The position numbers and the translations under genes are program-made. Positions 51,733-64,000 of a DNA stretch of 64,000 nucleotides are shown piece by piece (the stretch's first letter is position 1; the number at the start of each line of letters is the position of its first letter). Origin of the DNA: Squalus acanthias (taxonomy: Eukaryota); NCBI GenBank assembly GCA_030390025.1, contig CM059438.1, forward strand, positions 76,942,001-77,006,000, written 5' to 3'. The notes beneath the pieces are model-generated. The model was not told where the DNA came from and ran no database searches. It saw only the letters and a list, made by a program, of their open reading frames with translations.

Positions 51733-53779
51733 ATTTCAGGTTTACCTTTTATTGACGAACATTTTACTACTTGACTAGATTTAGATCTGGGTTTGAATAC
51801 ATGTTGGTTTATGGTGAGGTGACAGTAATTGTTGGGCATAATGGGATTTCTCTATTAAAGGCATATACAGATTTTTTAATTAATTCAACATTACTTTTTT
51901 AAAGCATTTGAAAGACTGAAAAATTAGTATGTAATTTGTTGGTCGAAGATAGAAATAGGTAGTTTTATATACATGTACAAAATAGTGTGTCTTTCTGAAT
52001 CCAGCCTGTATAATGTATAGTTTTTCATAGAATCATAAAAATTTACGGCACAGAAGAAGGCCATTCAGCCCATCGTTTTTAGTATCTTGGTTTGGCCAAA
52101 AAGCTCATGAACGGTTAGTAATCAAATTGCTTGTTAATATTTGATAATTGAACAGGCTTGCTCTAAAACAAAAGTTAAATGCTATGTAATTTGGAAGTTT
52201 TCACTAAATTGATATGTATTGACTTAACGCTGATGCAGCTCGTCAGTGCTCCAACACTGTGCCACGGAGTGGTAGAACATGAGATTCTCAACATGGTGAA
52301 TTCCTGATGTTGCACATTCTTTCACAGCAAAGCACTAAGTAGAGACTAGGCATTCCCTACAGATGCAAAGTGGGGTTGGGGGGGCAGTCGAGCAACTTAG
52401 CTGTGGCTGTTAACTGGAGTGATGCTAGCAAAGACCTAGGAGCAGGTTGTCTGCCCCTTCACCGGCAAAGTCTGGGAACGGTGCTCGACCCAGGGAGACG
52501 TAAAAAGGAGATGGGTAGGAAAATGTGCATTTTCACAAGAGTGCATGTTTCTGGTAACCCTATCCAGGTGTTGCATTAAAGGGCAACTAGATAACCTTCA
52601 CTCCTTTCAAAATGCTGTTGTGCAGTATTTGCTTGAAGAGCAGATTTAAAATACTCGTTAACCAGCCTACTTCTGGTCATAACAATAAGAATACATAAAT
52701 CTGTGTTCTACTTTATTAAAATGAGGCTGTGGTATACTGAACCCGGAAAAGAACCCAATAGCAATGTATGAAATATTGTCACATGATTCTGGTATTGTCA
52801 TTGATCTCGCTTTTACCAAACTAGGTGAAACTATTCTATCTGTGGTTATAAGTTTATGACTGTACAATGATGTCTTGTGTGAACTGTATCATAGAGGTAA
52901 TATATTATTTGTTACATACAGATTTGTGTTTGAGAACCATTGTCTGTGCTGGAGGGCACTGCATCACAAAGACCTCTGAGTTTTAGTTTGAATTATGGAT
53001 CATAACTCTGGCTCAACAGGCAGAAAACATTTTGCTTAGTATGGTTGCACACTGTCTTAATGAAATGACGAGTCACTCCTGGTATTCCACAAAAATCCTG
53101 AGATTTGCCTTGGGTTTACAAACTTCCTGTGCCTCAACTTGACAAGTTGCAAGTCTGCAACTTACAGGCCTCTTTCAACGTGTCCCTGTAGATATTGTAC
53201 AGTGCAGCTGTCATGGCTTTGCATCTTTTATGTCTAATATAAAGCTGCATATATCTCCAGATGTGTGGCTCGGCATGTAAGTAGGAAAGCTGACTAGTTT
53301 TTGTAATTTACTTTTAGGTTTGAAATGTATAAATGTAAACGGCAACACGTTGTGATTGTTGAGTGTGCAGAAGTCACAAATATTTGTCATCTCCACGAAG
53401 CTGCTGATTGTTATTATCAAAACCAGTGTTCTGAAACAGCTTCCAGGTGGGTTAAGTGCACACGGCTGGATAAGTGGAGGTGCCTTGGAAGGTACTACTA
53501 TGTCGCATGATTCTGGTTGTTTTCATTATATTCCATCTGCTATATTTAAAGGTGAGATCTACACCCAGGAAAGTCAGTGATAGCTGTCTATTTAAGAGAT
53601 TTTAAAAAATTATACAATGTCACATCATCGAAACAGGCCATTCTTCCATGAAGTCTGCACATGTTCTTCTCCACATGAGCCACCTTGGCTCACTCCTGCT
53701 CAACTCCCATTCCTTTTTTCAAGCAACAATCTAAAATTCTTTGAAAAGAATTAATAGACTCTGCTTCAACAACGGTTTT

Positions 53780-55990
53780 ACATAGAATCTACAGCGTAGA
53801 AACAGGTCATTCAGCCCAACTGGTCTATGCCAGTGTTTATATTCCCCACGTGCCTCCTCCCACTCTTAATTACCTCTCCCACCATGCCCCCATATCTCTC
53901 TATTCCCTTCTCACTCACATATGTATCAAGCCTCCCCTTAGATGCATCAATGCTCTTTACTTCTACCACTCATGTGACAGCAAGATCCACATTCTTACCA
54001 CTTTCTGTGTAAAGAAATTCCTCCTAAATTCTTTATTTGATCTGTTAGTGACTATCTTATATTTATGCTCCCTCTGTTCTGGACTCCCCCACAAGTGGAA
54101 ACAGTTTCTCCACATCCACCATATCGAACCCCTTCATAATTTTGAAAACTCCTGTTAGTTTTCTCTCTTCTAGAGAAATGAGCACCATCTTCCCTGATAC
54201 TGCTTCAATGGCCTGGAACTTGCGTTTGCCATCATTTTGCCTTTGAAACTGACCGCAACTTCAGCATTTAGCGCATGCGCAGCCTATCACGGAAATCCTG
54301 AAGTTGCGGTCTGTGATTCACTGTTCCTCCACAGGCTGTGCTGTGGACCCCCCCCCCCCCCCCCGCCCCCCAGTCGTCAATCAGTGAAATCACTGGCCTG
54401 ACGAAAACTTCCCATTTTCCGAACAAATATCGCTGTTGGAAACCCCATAAAAAGTTAGACCCATTCAAATGAGGTGTAACTGGGTTTTTAATGGCAATCT
54501 GAGTAATAACTCCTGATAAACAACCGTTCTGGCCCTGAAAAACTAATTTTATATTGGTGGAACGTCAAAATTTCTCCGTTAAATTAAAAATTATTAGATT
54601 TTAAAAGTTCATGATATTTCAGCTTCAACCTTAACCCAATGTGTATGTCCCAATCTTTATTTAGCTCTCTGTAAAAAAAAATTTTAAGTGATTATTAGTG
54701 CTTTCTATTTCCTGGTTCCCTGTCTGAGAATTCTGCAGTGATTGGCTGCTTAGACAGCTTGTTGACATCACAGCAACTCGCACTATGGGATTCCCACTAT
54801 ATTACGTTGATTTCAGCTGCATGTTGGAAAAGCCAAACTTCTCGCCACAAAGATCGCAAGATCTTTTTGGGGCGCTCACTTTGGGGCCAGCGGCGAATGC
54901 CTTTGCTTCACTGCTGACCGCAAGTTACAAGCCAATATTTTTTGTAGTATGCAGACCAGAACTTCACACAGTACTCCAAGTGTGGTGTAACCAAGGTTCT
55001 AATATAAATTTAATACCTCCCTGCTTTTTGTTCTATTCATCTAGAAATGATCCCCAGTACTTTGTTTGCACTCTTTATAGCCTTACCTACTTGTGTGGCT
55101 ACTTTTAGCAATTTATGTATCTGTATTGCCATATCTCTTGCTCCTCTACCCTATTTAGTTTTGAACCTTCCAGGGAATAAGTTGCATCCTTATTCCTCCC
55201 ACTACGCTATATTGAATTTAATTTGCCATTTATCCACTCACTCTGCAAGCCTGTTTATGTCTTCCTGTATTTTGGGGCAGTACTCCGCATTGTTAGCTAT
55301 ACCACACAATTTAGTATCTCGTCTGCAAATTGCAACACCGTACCTCCAATTCCTGAGTTCAAATAATTTATGTATATGGTAAACAACAATGGTCCCAGCA
55401 TAGATCCCTGCTTGAAAACACTTCCACTTTCTGCCAGTCCAAGAAACTTCTTTTAACTCCTACCCTCTGTTTTCTGTTGTAGCCATCTTCCAATCCATTC
55501 TGATACCTGGCTTCTGACTCCACAAGGCATGAACTTTGTCATGAGTCTCTAGTGTGGCATCTTATCAAAGGCCTTCTTAAAGTCCGTGTATACCACATCC
55601 ATTGCATTGCCCTTGTCTACACTTTCTGTTATTCAAAGAATTCAATAAGGTTGGTTAAACACGGACCTTCCTTTTAGAAATCCATGCTGGCTATTTTTAT
55701 TATATTCTCTGTCTCAAGATGTTAGATGATCTTTTAGCAAAGAATTCCATAATCTAACCACCCTCTAAAGATTTTTATAACCTAACCACTTTAATTCTTT
55801 TTGTGGTCGTCTTAAATTTGCGCCATATTGTTACCATCTCGTCAAACAGTTGAAACAGTCCATCATTATTTACCCTATCAAACCCCTTCATCATTTGGAA
55901 GACACTCATCAGGTCACTCTTTAATCCTCTCGACGCTAGTGAAAAAAGCCCAAACTTCTGAAGTCTTTTTGCATAACTATGATCTCCCAT
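53780..55990 (-). mobile_element. Cluster of decayed CR1 fragments split by a MITE
   Basis: 3' tail ACATAGAATCTACAGC at 53780. RT remnants at about 55320-55620 (CGTCTGCAAA = FAD; GTGGCATCTTATCAAAGGCCTT = KAFDKMPH). A second 3' fragment lies at 55775-55990. Confidence 0.8.
54210..54933. mobile_element. PIF/Harbinger-like MITE (724 bp)
   Basis: TIRs GGCCTGGAACTTGCG / CGCAAGTTACAAGCC (13/15 match). 3-bp TSD AAT at 54207-54209 and 54934-54936. Confidence 0.8.
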
Positions 55991-56410
55991 GATCTTTTAC
56001 GGTAACATGCCTCAAAGCGTCAGCTTTTTCTTTTGCATTCAACATTAGTTACAATAAACTTACAAATTTGGAATTTTCCAGTTCGCTATTGAGCTTTTTT
56101 CATAGTTTACCATTTTCTATTTAATCCTTTTTATATAAAAACAGACCACTTTTGTGTTGTTGGAACATTACTGTTTAATTCTGTTGATCTAAGGGATGTG
56201 CTTTCGCTTCATTCATTAGCTACAAGATTGTTTTTAAACAGAACTTTACGTCTTCCTTTTTTACTTTGTATTAAGATAGTGAAAACCCTTGCTTGATGCT
56301 GGTGGAGTGCCAAGGTATTTTTTGCGAAACTCTAATTTTACAATCTGAAGTTTTTAAATTTTCAAAAAGATCAACGAAAAGCACAAATGTAACTCAGCAG
56401 CATTATTCAA

Positions 56411-56830
56411 AAAAGACTTGCATTTATGTAGCGCCTTTCACGACCTCAGGATGTCCCAAAGCACTGCACAGCCAGTGAAGTACTTTTGAAGTGTAGTCAC
56501 TGTTGTGGAAACGTAGCAGCCAATTTGCCTCAGAGCAAGGTTCCACAAACAGCAGATAATAATGACCAGATAATCTTTTTTTTTAAGTGATGTTGGTTGA
56601 GGGATTAACATTGGCCAGGGCACCGGGGAGAACTCTCCTGCTGCTCTTCTTGGAATAGTGCCATGGGACCTTAAACTGAGGCTCCCTCTGCCCTCTCGTT
56701 AAACGTCTCATCCAAAAGACGGCACCTCTGAGTGTTGGCCTCGATTTTGTGCTCAAGTCTCTGGAGTGGGGCTTGAGTCCACAACCTTCTGCCTCAGAGC
56801 TGAGTGTGCTACCACTAAGCCACGGCTGAC
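56411..56830 (-). mobile_element. DeuSINE (SacSINE1-like), near full length
   Basis: Reverse complement of the head, Deu core and tail of 19621-20062, with internal deletions. Confidence 0.85.
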
Positions 56831-56914
56831 AACAAGCTTTAAGTGCTAACAAACATCTGGAAGTAGAGACAAAATGGACTAAGATGCAACAGTCCAAAGG
56901 TAATTCATCCTTAA

Positions 56915-57148
56915 TATAAAAGAAAATGCTGGAAATACTCAGCTGGTCAGGCAGCATCTGTGGAGCAAGAAACAGAGTTAAAGTTTCAGGTCGATGATCT
57001 TTCGGTCAAAACGGTTTTGATGAAAGGTCATCGACCTGAAACGTTAACTCTGTTTCTCGCTCCACAGATGCTGCCCGACCTGCTGAGTATTTCCAGCATC
57101 TTCTGTTTCTATTTCAGATTTTCAGCATCTGCAGTATTTTGCCTTTGC
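56915..57148 (+). mobile_element. Palindromic short Penelope-type element with 13-bp TSD
   Basis: Arms ~56921-57012 and ~57014-57104 are inverted copies. Flanked by AATTCATCCTTAA at 56902-56914 and 57149-57161. The right arm resembles the 3' end of the Penelope remnant at 15660-15790. Confidence 0.85.
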
Positions 57149-58763
57149 AATTCATCCTTAAATGGTTTCAAAACAGAGAAGGATTTAGAAATTGCTATGA
57201 TGCGCTCAGCTTCTAGTTTCTTTAGAGCCCCTTGCATCACTTGCTGGTAGGTGAAATTTTCTAATTAGACTTTGTCTATTTAGTGCAATAAATCATACAG
57301 CTGTAGTGGGAATTGTGCTAAATAATCTGTGCAACAGTTTAAAATTGGGTTTGGAAAGTAAACAAGTTGAATCATAAAACATTTCCCATTTAGTTTTTAC
57401 CCACATTTGTAAAACAAAATAGATTGTATAATTTCAGGCAGAGACTAGTTAATATTCTTTCTATGGAAACTTTATAAAATTTGGATGAATAATGTTTGCA
57501 ACATATATTTGCTTTTACAATTGGGCACTCAAACTAGATTTGAAAATCATGTAAAAAAATTCCCCTTATATGTCTCAATTTTATTTAGCATTTTGAAAAA
57601 CAATACAAACAAAATGGAACCCTGATCTCATGCAAACTTTGTTTGAAAAATACAGCTGACATTGTTGGCATAATTTAGATTACAGCATTTGGATGCCGTG
57701 CCAAATGTATGCTGATAGTGTACACAATTTAGAAAATGGCAAGTTAAAAGGAATTACCACAAATATTTAATCTCCTCGCAATTTGTGAAACTTAACTTCA
57801 TAAACGTTAAATCCGTTTTACTTAACAGTTCAAGCATCAGTCTTACTGTGAAGGCTATCTCACCAAAGTTAAACTTTAAAAGAAGTTAAAGTGAGACACT
57901 TGAGGTTCACCACTGTAATGTCCCATCGGTGTAACAATGGTACCAGCTCCTCTCGCCCACCCCACCCCCGGCAACAAAAATAAACTGAATAGGTAACTTA
58001 GCAGCATATTTGTGGTCTGAATTTCCTTCCACTCACCTAGATATTAGTCAGACAGAGAGCACTTAAAATATAAGCAACTGGCCTGCATCTCTATATTCAG
58101 ATCATTGTAATAGGTCTCCCTGGTGCACGCCTACCCCCTTGTGCTTGGAAGCAGGGGAGGAAAGTCCACCATTCCTGTAGGCCCAAGATGCCTGCAGCAA
58201 TGGTTATGACTGCCAGCTGCAGGGCCTTATGGTTGCTGCCCAAAAACAACAGCCAGAAAATCTGCAGCCCCCAAAGATCCTGGTTTGAAAAAAAAACCTG
58301 CATCTTTTCGGCTGCCCCTTCACTGATCCTCTGATCTGAGTGGGACTGCTCACAAAGCCTAAGGCCCACGTGCTGTCAGCACACCGAAGAAAGGGTGTCA
58401 GTCCAAAGAGGACGCAGGACTAAGCGGTAGGAGGTGCCATAACCTAACACCCGCCTCATTAGGTTGGTATTTCCATGTTTGTGCCACGCAAAGGAAGCAG
58501 AAAACGAGCTCATTGGTCCCAGCTCTTTGATTTACCTCTGCTTTGCGCCCAGGTAGTAAGTGTTCAGCGGACACAAAGCAGAGGAAAATTGTCTCTGGAT
58601 TTCTTGTTGCATTGCAGAACGTTGGAAGTATTCTGTTCAGTTGACTTTCAATGAGATACAGCAAGCAGTTTTTTAAATTAATGAAGCCTGGTATTGTAAT
58701 TTATCAACAGATGTGTGTGGAGATTAAGCGCAGTCACAAAGCAGCGATTACTTCAGTTACAGC

Positions 58764-60243
58764 AGCCGGAATTTTCCAGGGTGTCAGCAGGCGGGATTAG
58801 TGGCGGGTCGGGAACCTGCTGTCATCCCACCGCAACGCGCCAATCCCAATGGTGTGTCTGTCACCACTGAGCAGACCAGACGGGCAGCGGCGGGCGACCC
58901 AATTAAACTCATTATAATGTACTTAACAGACCCTTAATAGGCTTTTTACACTCACTTTTTAACTTTAACTTCATGGCCACGGGAACCACGCTGTTCAGTG
59001 ACCACGTCTGTCAACCAGAGGCGGGACTTCAGTGGCCATTGCTCCAGCTGATTTCTTGACAGCTTCAAATGTACAGTAAAAGCTTCCACCCGACAGAGAT
59101 CACTTGCCTCAGCCACAAGCTGTTCTTCACTGTATTTCCACAACAGATTCAGCACGCTGCAAGTCTTTCCACCAAAGTCTCCATCCAGTCTCAACTCATT
59201 ACCTCTCTCACCATTGACAGATCATTTCTGTCATCTTTACTTTCACCTGCCATCTATTCCATTGGCATAGGTGCCGTTTACAGTCTCACCTTGGTCCTCA
59301 GAATTGGACCACGATGAGCCCAACACCAGCAGCACCAACAACACCAACCTCCGCAATCACCTGATGCTGCACAGGACAGAGGGCATCAACACCCGAGCAC
59401 ATTGCTGCCAGGGATGGCCTCATCATGGCCAGATTTACTTAACTTTACGCTGTACACCCTGGCTACCACATGACACACCACGTTGGCACCACCCCACACC
59501 AACACCATAATGCATCTCTACAATGCCCAAGACATTCCTTTCACACTCATCACCATTGCGGGGGGTACCATTATGTCTCACCATTCACTGCAACTCATTA
59601 AGCCACTTCCAAAGGTGCACACAAATCTGTCCAGGAACGCAAAGTGTTGAAAATAAAGATTTCAATGTTTGACGCCATTCACAGAAACTTTACATGAACA
59701 TTGCATAAAACACCCAAGTGGCTACCCTTGTCTGTTGTTAGTTGGTATGATTGCACTAGGGTGAGGGCGAGTGTGAGGGATGGCTAGTGACATGGGGATG
59801 TGATGACATAGAGAGGGATGGGTGGAGGTGCAAGGTAAGTTGGTGTGAGTAAGGATATGCAGGAGTAGGGTAGGGAAGGCAGAGTGATGGAAATGTGATG
59901 AGGCGCAGCAGGATGCGATTGAGTGTGGCTTTGTACTAACGTTTCGTGATCTACTGAGATAATTGAAACGTTTGCGGCACTGCACCCAGCTCCTCCTGAC
60001 CACATCCCTGCTTGTGCCTTCCTCTGCAATCACCAACCAGGCTGTTTTGATCTCCTGGGAAGGTCTCTTCCGCTCATCGGAAGGGAAGAGGACCTCCCTC
60101 CGCTTCCTCTAATTGGACCGGGAAACGCGCTGGGCGGGCTTAACAAGCCCCATGGAGTTAAGTTCATTTTAGGCAGCGGGATGGAGCCAGCAGCGGGGCC
60201 ACGACCCCGCACTAGACCCGCCGAGCTGAGCAAAATCCCGGCC
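58764..60243. mobile_element. Internally deleted PIF/Harbinger transposon with Myb/SANT-like gene remnant
   Basis: Imperfect TIRs AGCCGGAATTTT / AAAATCCCGGCC. 3-bp TSD AGC at 58761-58763 and 60244-60246. Minus strand ~59940-60100 reads REVLFPSDERKRPSQEIKTAWLVIAEE..RRSWVQCRKRFNYL. Confidence 0.8.
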
Positions 60244-62274
60244 AGCAGCACTGTACCGACCCACTAAACGCAGGTACTAGTCCATCTTATTGACTATGCA
60301 TTTATGATTAGTGTATTACAACACATACATCTTAATGCTAGTGCATTGTTTTTAATGGTTCAAATCTCCAGCCATGTGTAAAACCACGTAGAACAACACA
60401 GGAGATTGTTCCACCCAACACTTTCTGTGCACCTCACCTCTACATCAGTTTCTGTTTCAGTAACTATTTGTCATTGTGGTACATTAACAGAGTGATAATG
60501 GATTAAGCAGTTGTTTTGTTCCATCATTCCTTTTCTCCCAACAACCACTGTGTATTTGTAATTTGTATTGCTAATTTCAATTAGTGGTGTAAAATTGGCT
60601 TGAATAGATGTAATTTCATATTCTCGTCTTTTGTTGTCACTCGCACCTTATCTGCTGATGAATTAGAGGGGAGGAGTATGCAGTCTTGCTCATTTCCAAA
60701 AATGCGCTCTCTATTTATCTCACTATAAACATAAAGCATTGCACCACATTATTTTGCTGCACAGTGCCGTCTGCAACCAGCAGCAATGGGGTTTGGTATC
60801 GGGATCCTGTTGCAGTGCTAGCATGTGACAGAACTATGCTTTGTGGTATAATTAATCATGGGGACTAAAAGTGAAGTTTCCTTTGATGATGATTTTTTTT
60901 TAACAAAACACGAAGAAATAAAGATGTGCAGAGACTAAAACAGTACAATGTTCCAAAGCACTTGACTCCCTTGGCTCCTGGCTCTGCTGGAGCTATAAAC
61001 TGTTGCTGGTACATTAATGTTGGCAGCATTCTCTGAAGTTGGACTTCTTGTGTTGTAGCTCTTCATTTACTTTACATACGGCACACTCCATTTTTGCAAC
61101 AAAATAAATGTAATCTCCCTCTATTCCCCAATTGCTCATAGCTTGTAAAATGTAAAGCCACTGTTCCAATGAAATGCGCACCCCGAGTTGGTATTTTCTT
61201 TCGGAGATTATTTTAGGAATGTGTGCACGTCTAAATCTGATCTAAAAGACGCATTCAGCTTTCTTGGCTATTGCAATAAACTGGTGATTTAAAACTTTAA
61301 AAAAATGTTTTGAACAGGTTAACAGGAGAAGAATTAGCTAGTCCCATTCCAAGATGTATAATAAAATACAAACCAGGGTCACTTCAGCTCCACACAAGAG
61401 CATTTTATACGAAGGCGTCTACACATTCAAGCCATGAGTCACTAAGTCCAGCTGTGTTCATGCGTTGCTTTATTTAGCTCGCATGGTTTTTTTTATTAAT
61501 TTGCATGCCTGCTATATCCAAACTAATATCAAAAAAATTCTACTTTGAATGAAGCTAGATTTTTCACTTAGTTTGATTTGAAATTGGCACTGAAAAATGT
61601 TTAATCTTCTATTACAAATGAAAATGCACTTCACAACCATAAAGCCCACAAGACTCTGTCTGGGTTGGTTGCCCAATCTAGATTTCCACTGTGTCAGTTC
61701 TTGTTTGTTTCGAATGTTTGGTATCCAGCTGATGATTAAGTAGAGGCTGCGCCAATGCATTAGAAGATGGCACAAGCTGCGCACACAAGTGGAAAATCAT
61801 ATCAAACTGTACACCATAGAATCGGTTTGTCTTCGGCTCCCTCCTTTTGTTTTGTTTAATTTTAAGTAACAGTTTTAACATGAATGCAAATTCATGTAAA
61901 GCGATCTGTTAGAATAGAGTTTAACTGGTTTATTGGGAACCGCGTTCTACTTTTGTGAATGACATTTGAGTTTAGGACCACATGCAGTTTTTCAAGTTAG
62001 CACTTTATAAAGTGGTTCTGAGTTTCTCGAATCCGTTACAAATCCTTTGTTTTACACAGAACTAGTTTTTAAAAATGTAACCTGCTAACAAAATATGTTA
62101 GCATACTGTTATAAGAAAAGAAAACCAAATCGTTATACAACCCAAGGAGATAAAAGGACCAGAGGAAGCTGCACGCTGGGCACTGATTATTGAACTGAAG
62201 CCTGCCACAGTAATAGTGAATTCACCACTTAACTTATTGCTGGTTACACTTGGCTGCAGAAAAGTAAATAAATG

Positions 62275-62718
62275 TGTTCAGAGACGATTCACTCGGTTGA
62301 TTCCTGAGATGAGGGGGTTGACTTACGAAGATAGGTTGAGCAGGTTGGGCCTATACTCATTGGAATTTAGAAGAATGAGAGGTGATCTTATTGAAACATA
62401 TAAGATACTGAGGGGGCTCGACAAGGTAGGTGCAGAGAGGATGTTTCCCCTCGAGGGGAAATCTAGAACTCGGCATAGTTTCAGAATAAAGGGTCGCCCT
62501 TTTAGAACTGAGATGAGGAGGAATTTCTTTTGAGGGTCATAAATCTGTGGAATTCTCTGCCCCAGAGAGCCGTGGAGGCTGGGTCATTAAATACATTTAA
62601 GGGTTATGGGGAGTGGGCAGGGAAGTGGCTTTGAGCCCAAGATCAGCCATGAACTTATTGAATGGCGGAGCAGGCTCGAGGGGCCAAGTGGCCTATTCCT
62701 ACTCCTTTTTCTTATGGA
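62275..62718 (+). mobile_element. 5'-truncated CR1 LINE
   Basis: ORF 62216-62533 ([35 protein letters not shown]) plus CR1 3' UTR. Confidence 0.92.
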
Positions 62719-62719
62719 T

Positions 62720-62822
62720 TCTGCACTACACTGTAACAATAATTACACTTCAGTAGTAATCCATTTGGCTATCAAACACTTTGGGATGACCTCAGGACAT
62801 GAAAGGTAAATACAAGTTTTTT
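62720..62822 (+). mobile_element. DeuSINE/L2-type tail fragment
   Basis: TACACTTCA..ATTTGGCTATCAAACACTTTGGGATG..CATGAAAGG resembles the 3' end of 19621-20062. Confidence 0.6.
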
Positions 62823-62897
62823 TTTAGTATTTACTGAAGTAAAAGCCTGAAACTAACAGACCACAAACATTAAAGTCATTTTTCATATTTTTTTTAA

Positions 62898-62988
62898 ATT
62901 GCTGGAAATTTTAAATGAAACATCAAATGCCAGAAATACACATCAGCATCTGGAAAACAAAAGAATAGGTTAACATTTCAGGTGTAGC
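62898..62988 (-). mobile_element. Decayed Penelope-type terminal fragment
   Basis: GCTGGAAAT..AATGCCAGAAATAC..CAGCATCTGG..GTTAACATTTCAGGT resembles the left arm of 56915-57148. Confidence 0.5.
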
Positions 62989-64000
62989 CATGCGCCAAAA
63001 CAGAGAAATGGAAGGTTTAAAAAAAAAACCTTTAACTAATCTGAACAAAATAAAGGTGGATGGGCACAGAACAATGAGTTTTAAAACAAAACCCAGCGCT
63101 GTACCAGGACTGCTGACTCCTGTCAGGGGTAGCAGTCAACAAACAGGTTTTAAGTTTTTCCGTCTCATTTCACTTCAGGAACTACAAGCAAAAGGACCAA
63201 AGTAGACTTATTTTCTACATCTGAACATGAGGGAGAAACTCTCCATTTTATGGAAGGGACGCAGCAACCTCAGTAGTGCTTCACATATTTAAAAACATTT
63301 TTGCTAATAGCCATGCTGCGTAAACACCACTAACCAGGTATATGAAAATGAGCAGCCTTTCGCTAATATTACACAACGTGCATCTTTATTTTTAAATGTA
63401 AAAACATCAAAATGTCTTTCAATTTAAAAAAAAAAAAAGTTCCATAAATGCTTATCTGGCAGTTTCTAACCATCACAAAAGCTGATCCTTCACATTTTGA
63501 CCTGGTCTTCAGATGTGTCTCTCTCTCCCCATTAAGGTAGTGGGCGTTAATAATCTTCATAATCCAGAGATACAGACTTTTGAAAAATGTGACCTGTTTC
63601 TCCTCTACATTTGCCATGCCCTGCAAATATGGATTGTTAGAAAAACTTTCAATATCTTTCTACAACTACATTTTATACCTGCCGATCACTCCATTCTGGC
63701 CTGGTTCATATCTTAAAGCCATGAGCATACGTATTGAAAAGAAACACCAACATTCTTACAGATTTATTGAAGTGGTTGCATAATGGGGATAGAACTCCAA
63801 GTTAAAGGATTTCAACATATACAGCATGAGCTTTAGGAACTGCATATTCCAGTTGGTGCAGTAGAATAATATTCTGCTGTAAGGTTTTAAAAAGACACTG
63901 GGGTATATTTTCCACCATTCATTAACTTTAGTAAAGTAGTTGCGAGTATAAATCTGATTCTCTAAACTTGGCAACCTTTTGCTAAAATTAGCAGATAGTG

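Larger units (their letters stand above)
42080..51750 (+). other. Putative long 3' UTR of ZNF618 (end uncertain)
   Basis: No large LINE insertions compared with flanking DNA. AU-rich distal block. AATAAA at 42378-42383, 50990-50995 and 51727-51732, among others. Repeat density rises again after about 52 kb. Confidence 0.45.

Noticed and set aside
42162-53580. Numerous 60-160 aa ORFs in the putative UTR and flank
   Set aside because: No domain motifs or splice-consistent structure; lengths and composition are as expected by chance.
58010-58600. Additional MITE (similar candidates near 4020-4350, 6905-7200 and 21708-21945)
   Set aside because: GC/CpG-enriched and repeat-like, but I could not establish paired TIRs or TSDs.

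Overview
This is vertebrate genomic DNA, most likely from a cartilaginous fish, as inferred from its SacSINE1/DeuSINE-type SINEs and shark-type CR1 and Penelope repeats. The window holds one protein-coding gene on the + strand, a ZNF618 ortholog. I reconstructed it by eye as 11 exons between 2330 and 42079: four single C2H2-finger exons interleaved with linker exons, all joined in phase 1, and a 1.5-kb terminal exon encoding a domesticated hAT-transposase-like domain. A long, repeat-poor putative 3' UTR runs to about 51.7 kb. The 5'-most exons probably lie upstream of the window. Introns and flanks contain decayed CR1-group LINEs (one nested in another), Deu-type SINEs, Penelope-like remnants with hammerhead-like motifs, and several TIR elements (Harbinger-, piggyBac- and hAT-like). 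No intact autonomous transposon, RNA gene or prokaryotic system is visible. The most notable observations are the transposase-derived gene architecture, a TSD-flanked palindromic Penelope-type element with a minimal-hammerhead-like core, a near-perfect 65-bp hairpin inside a Harbinger MITE, and inverted CR1 copies bracketing the first coding exon. Comparisons to human ZNF618 and repeat consensus sequences are from memory, not from a search.
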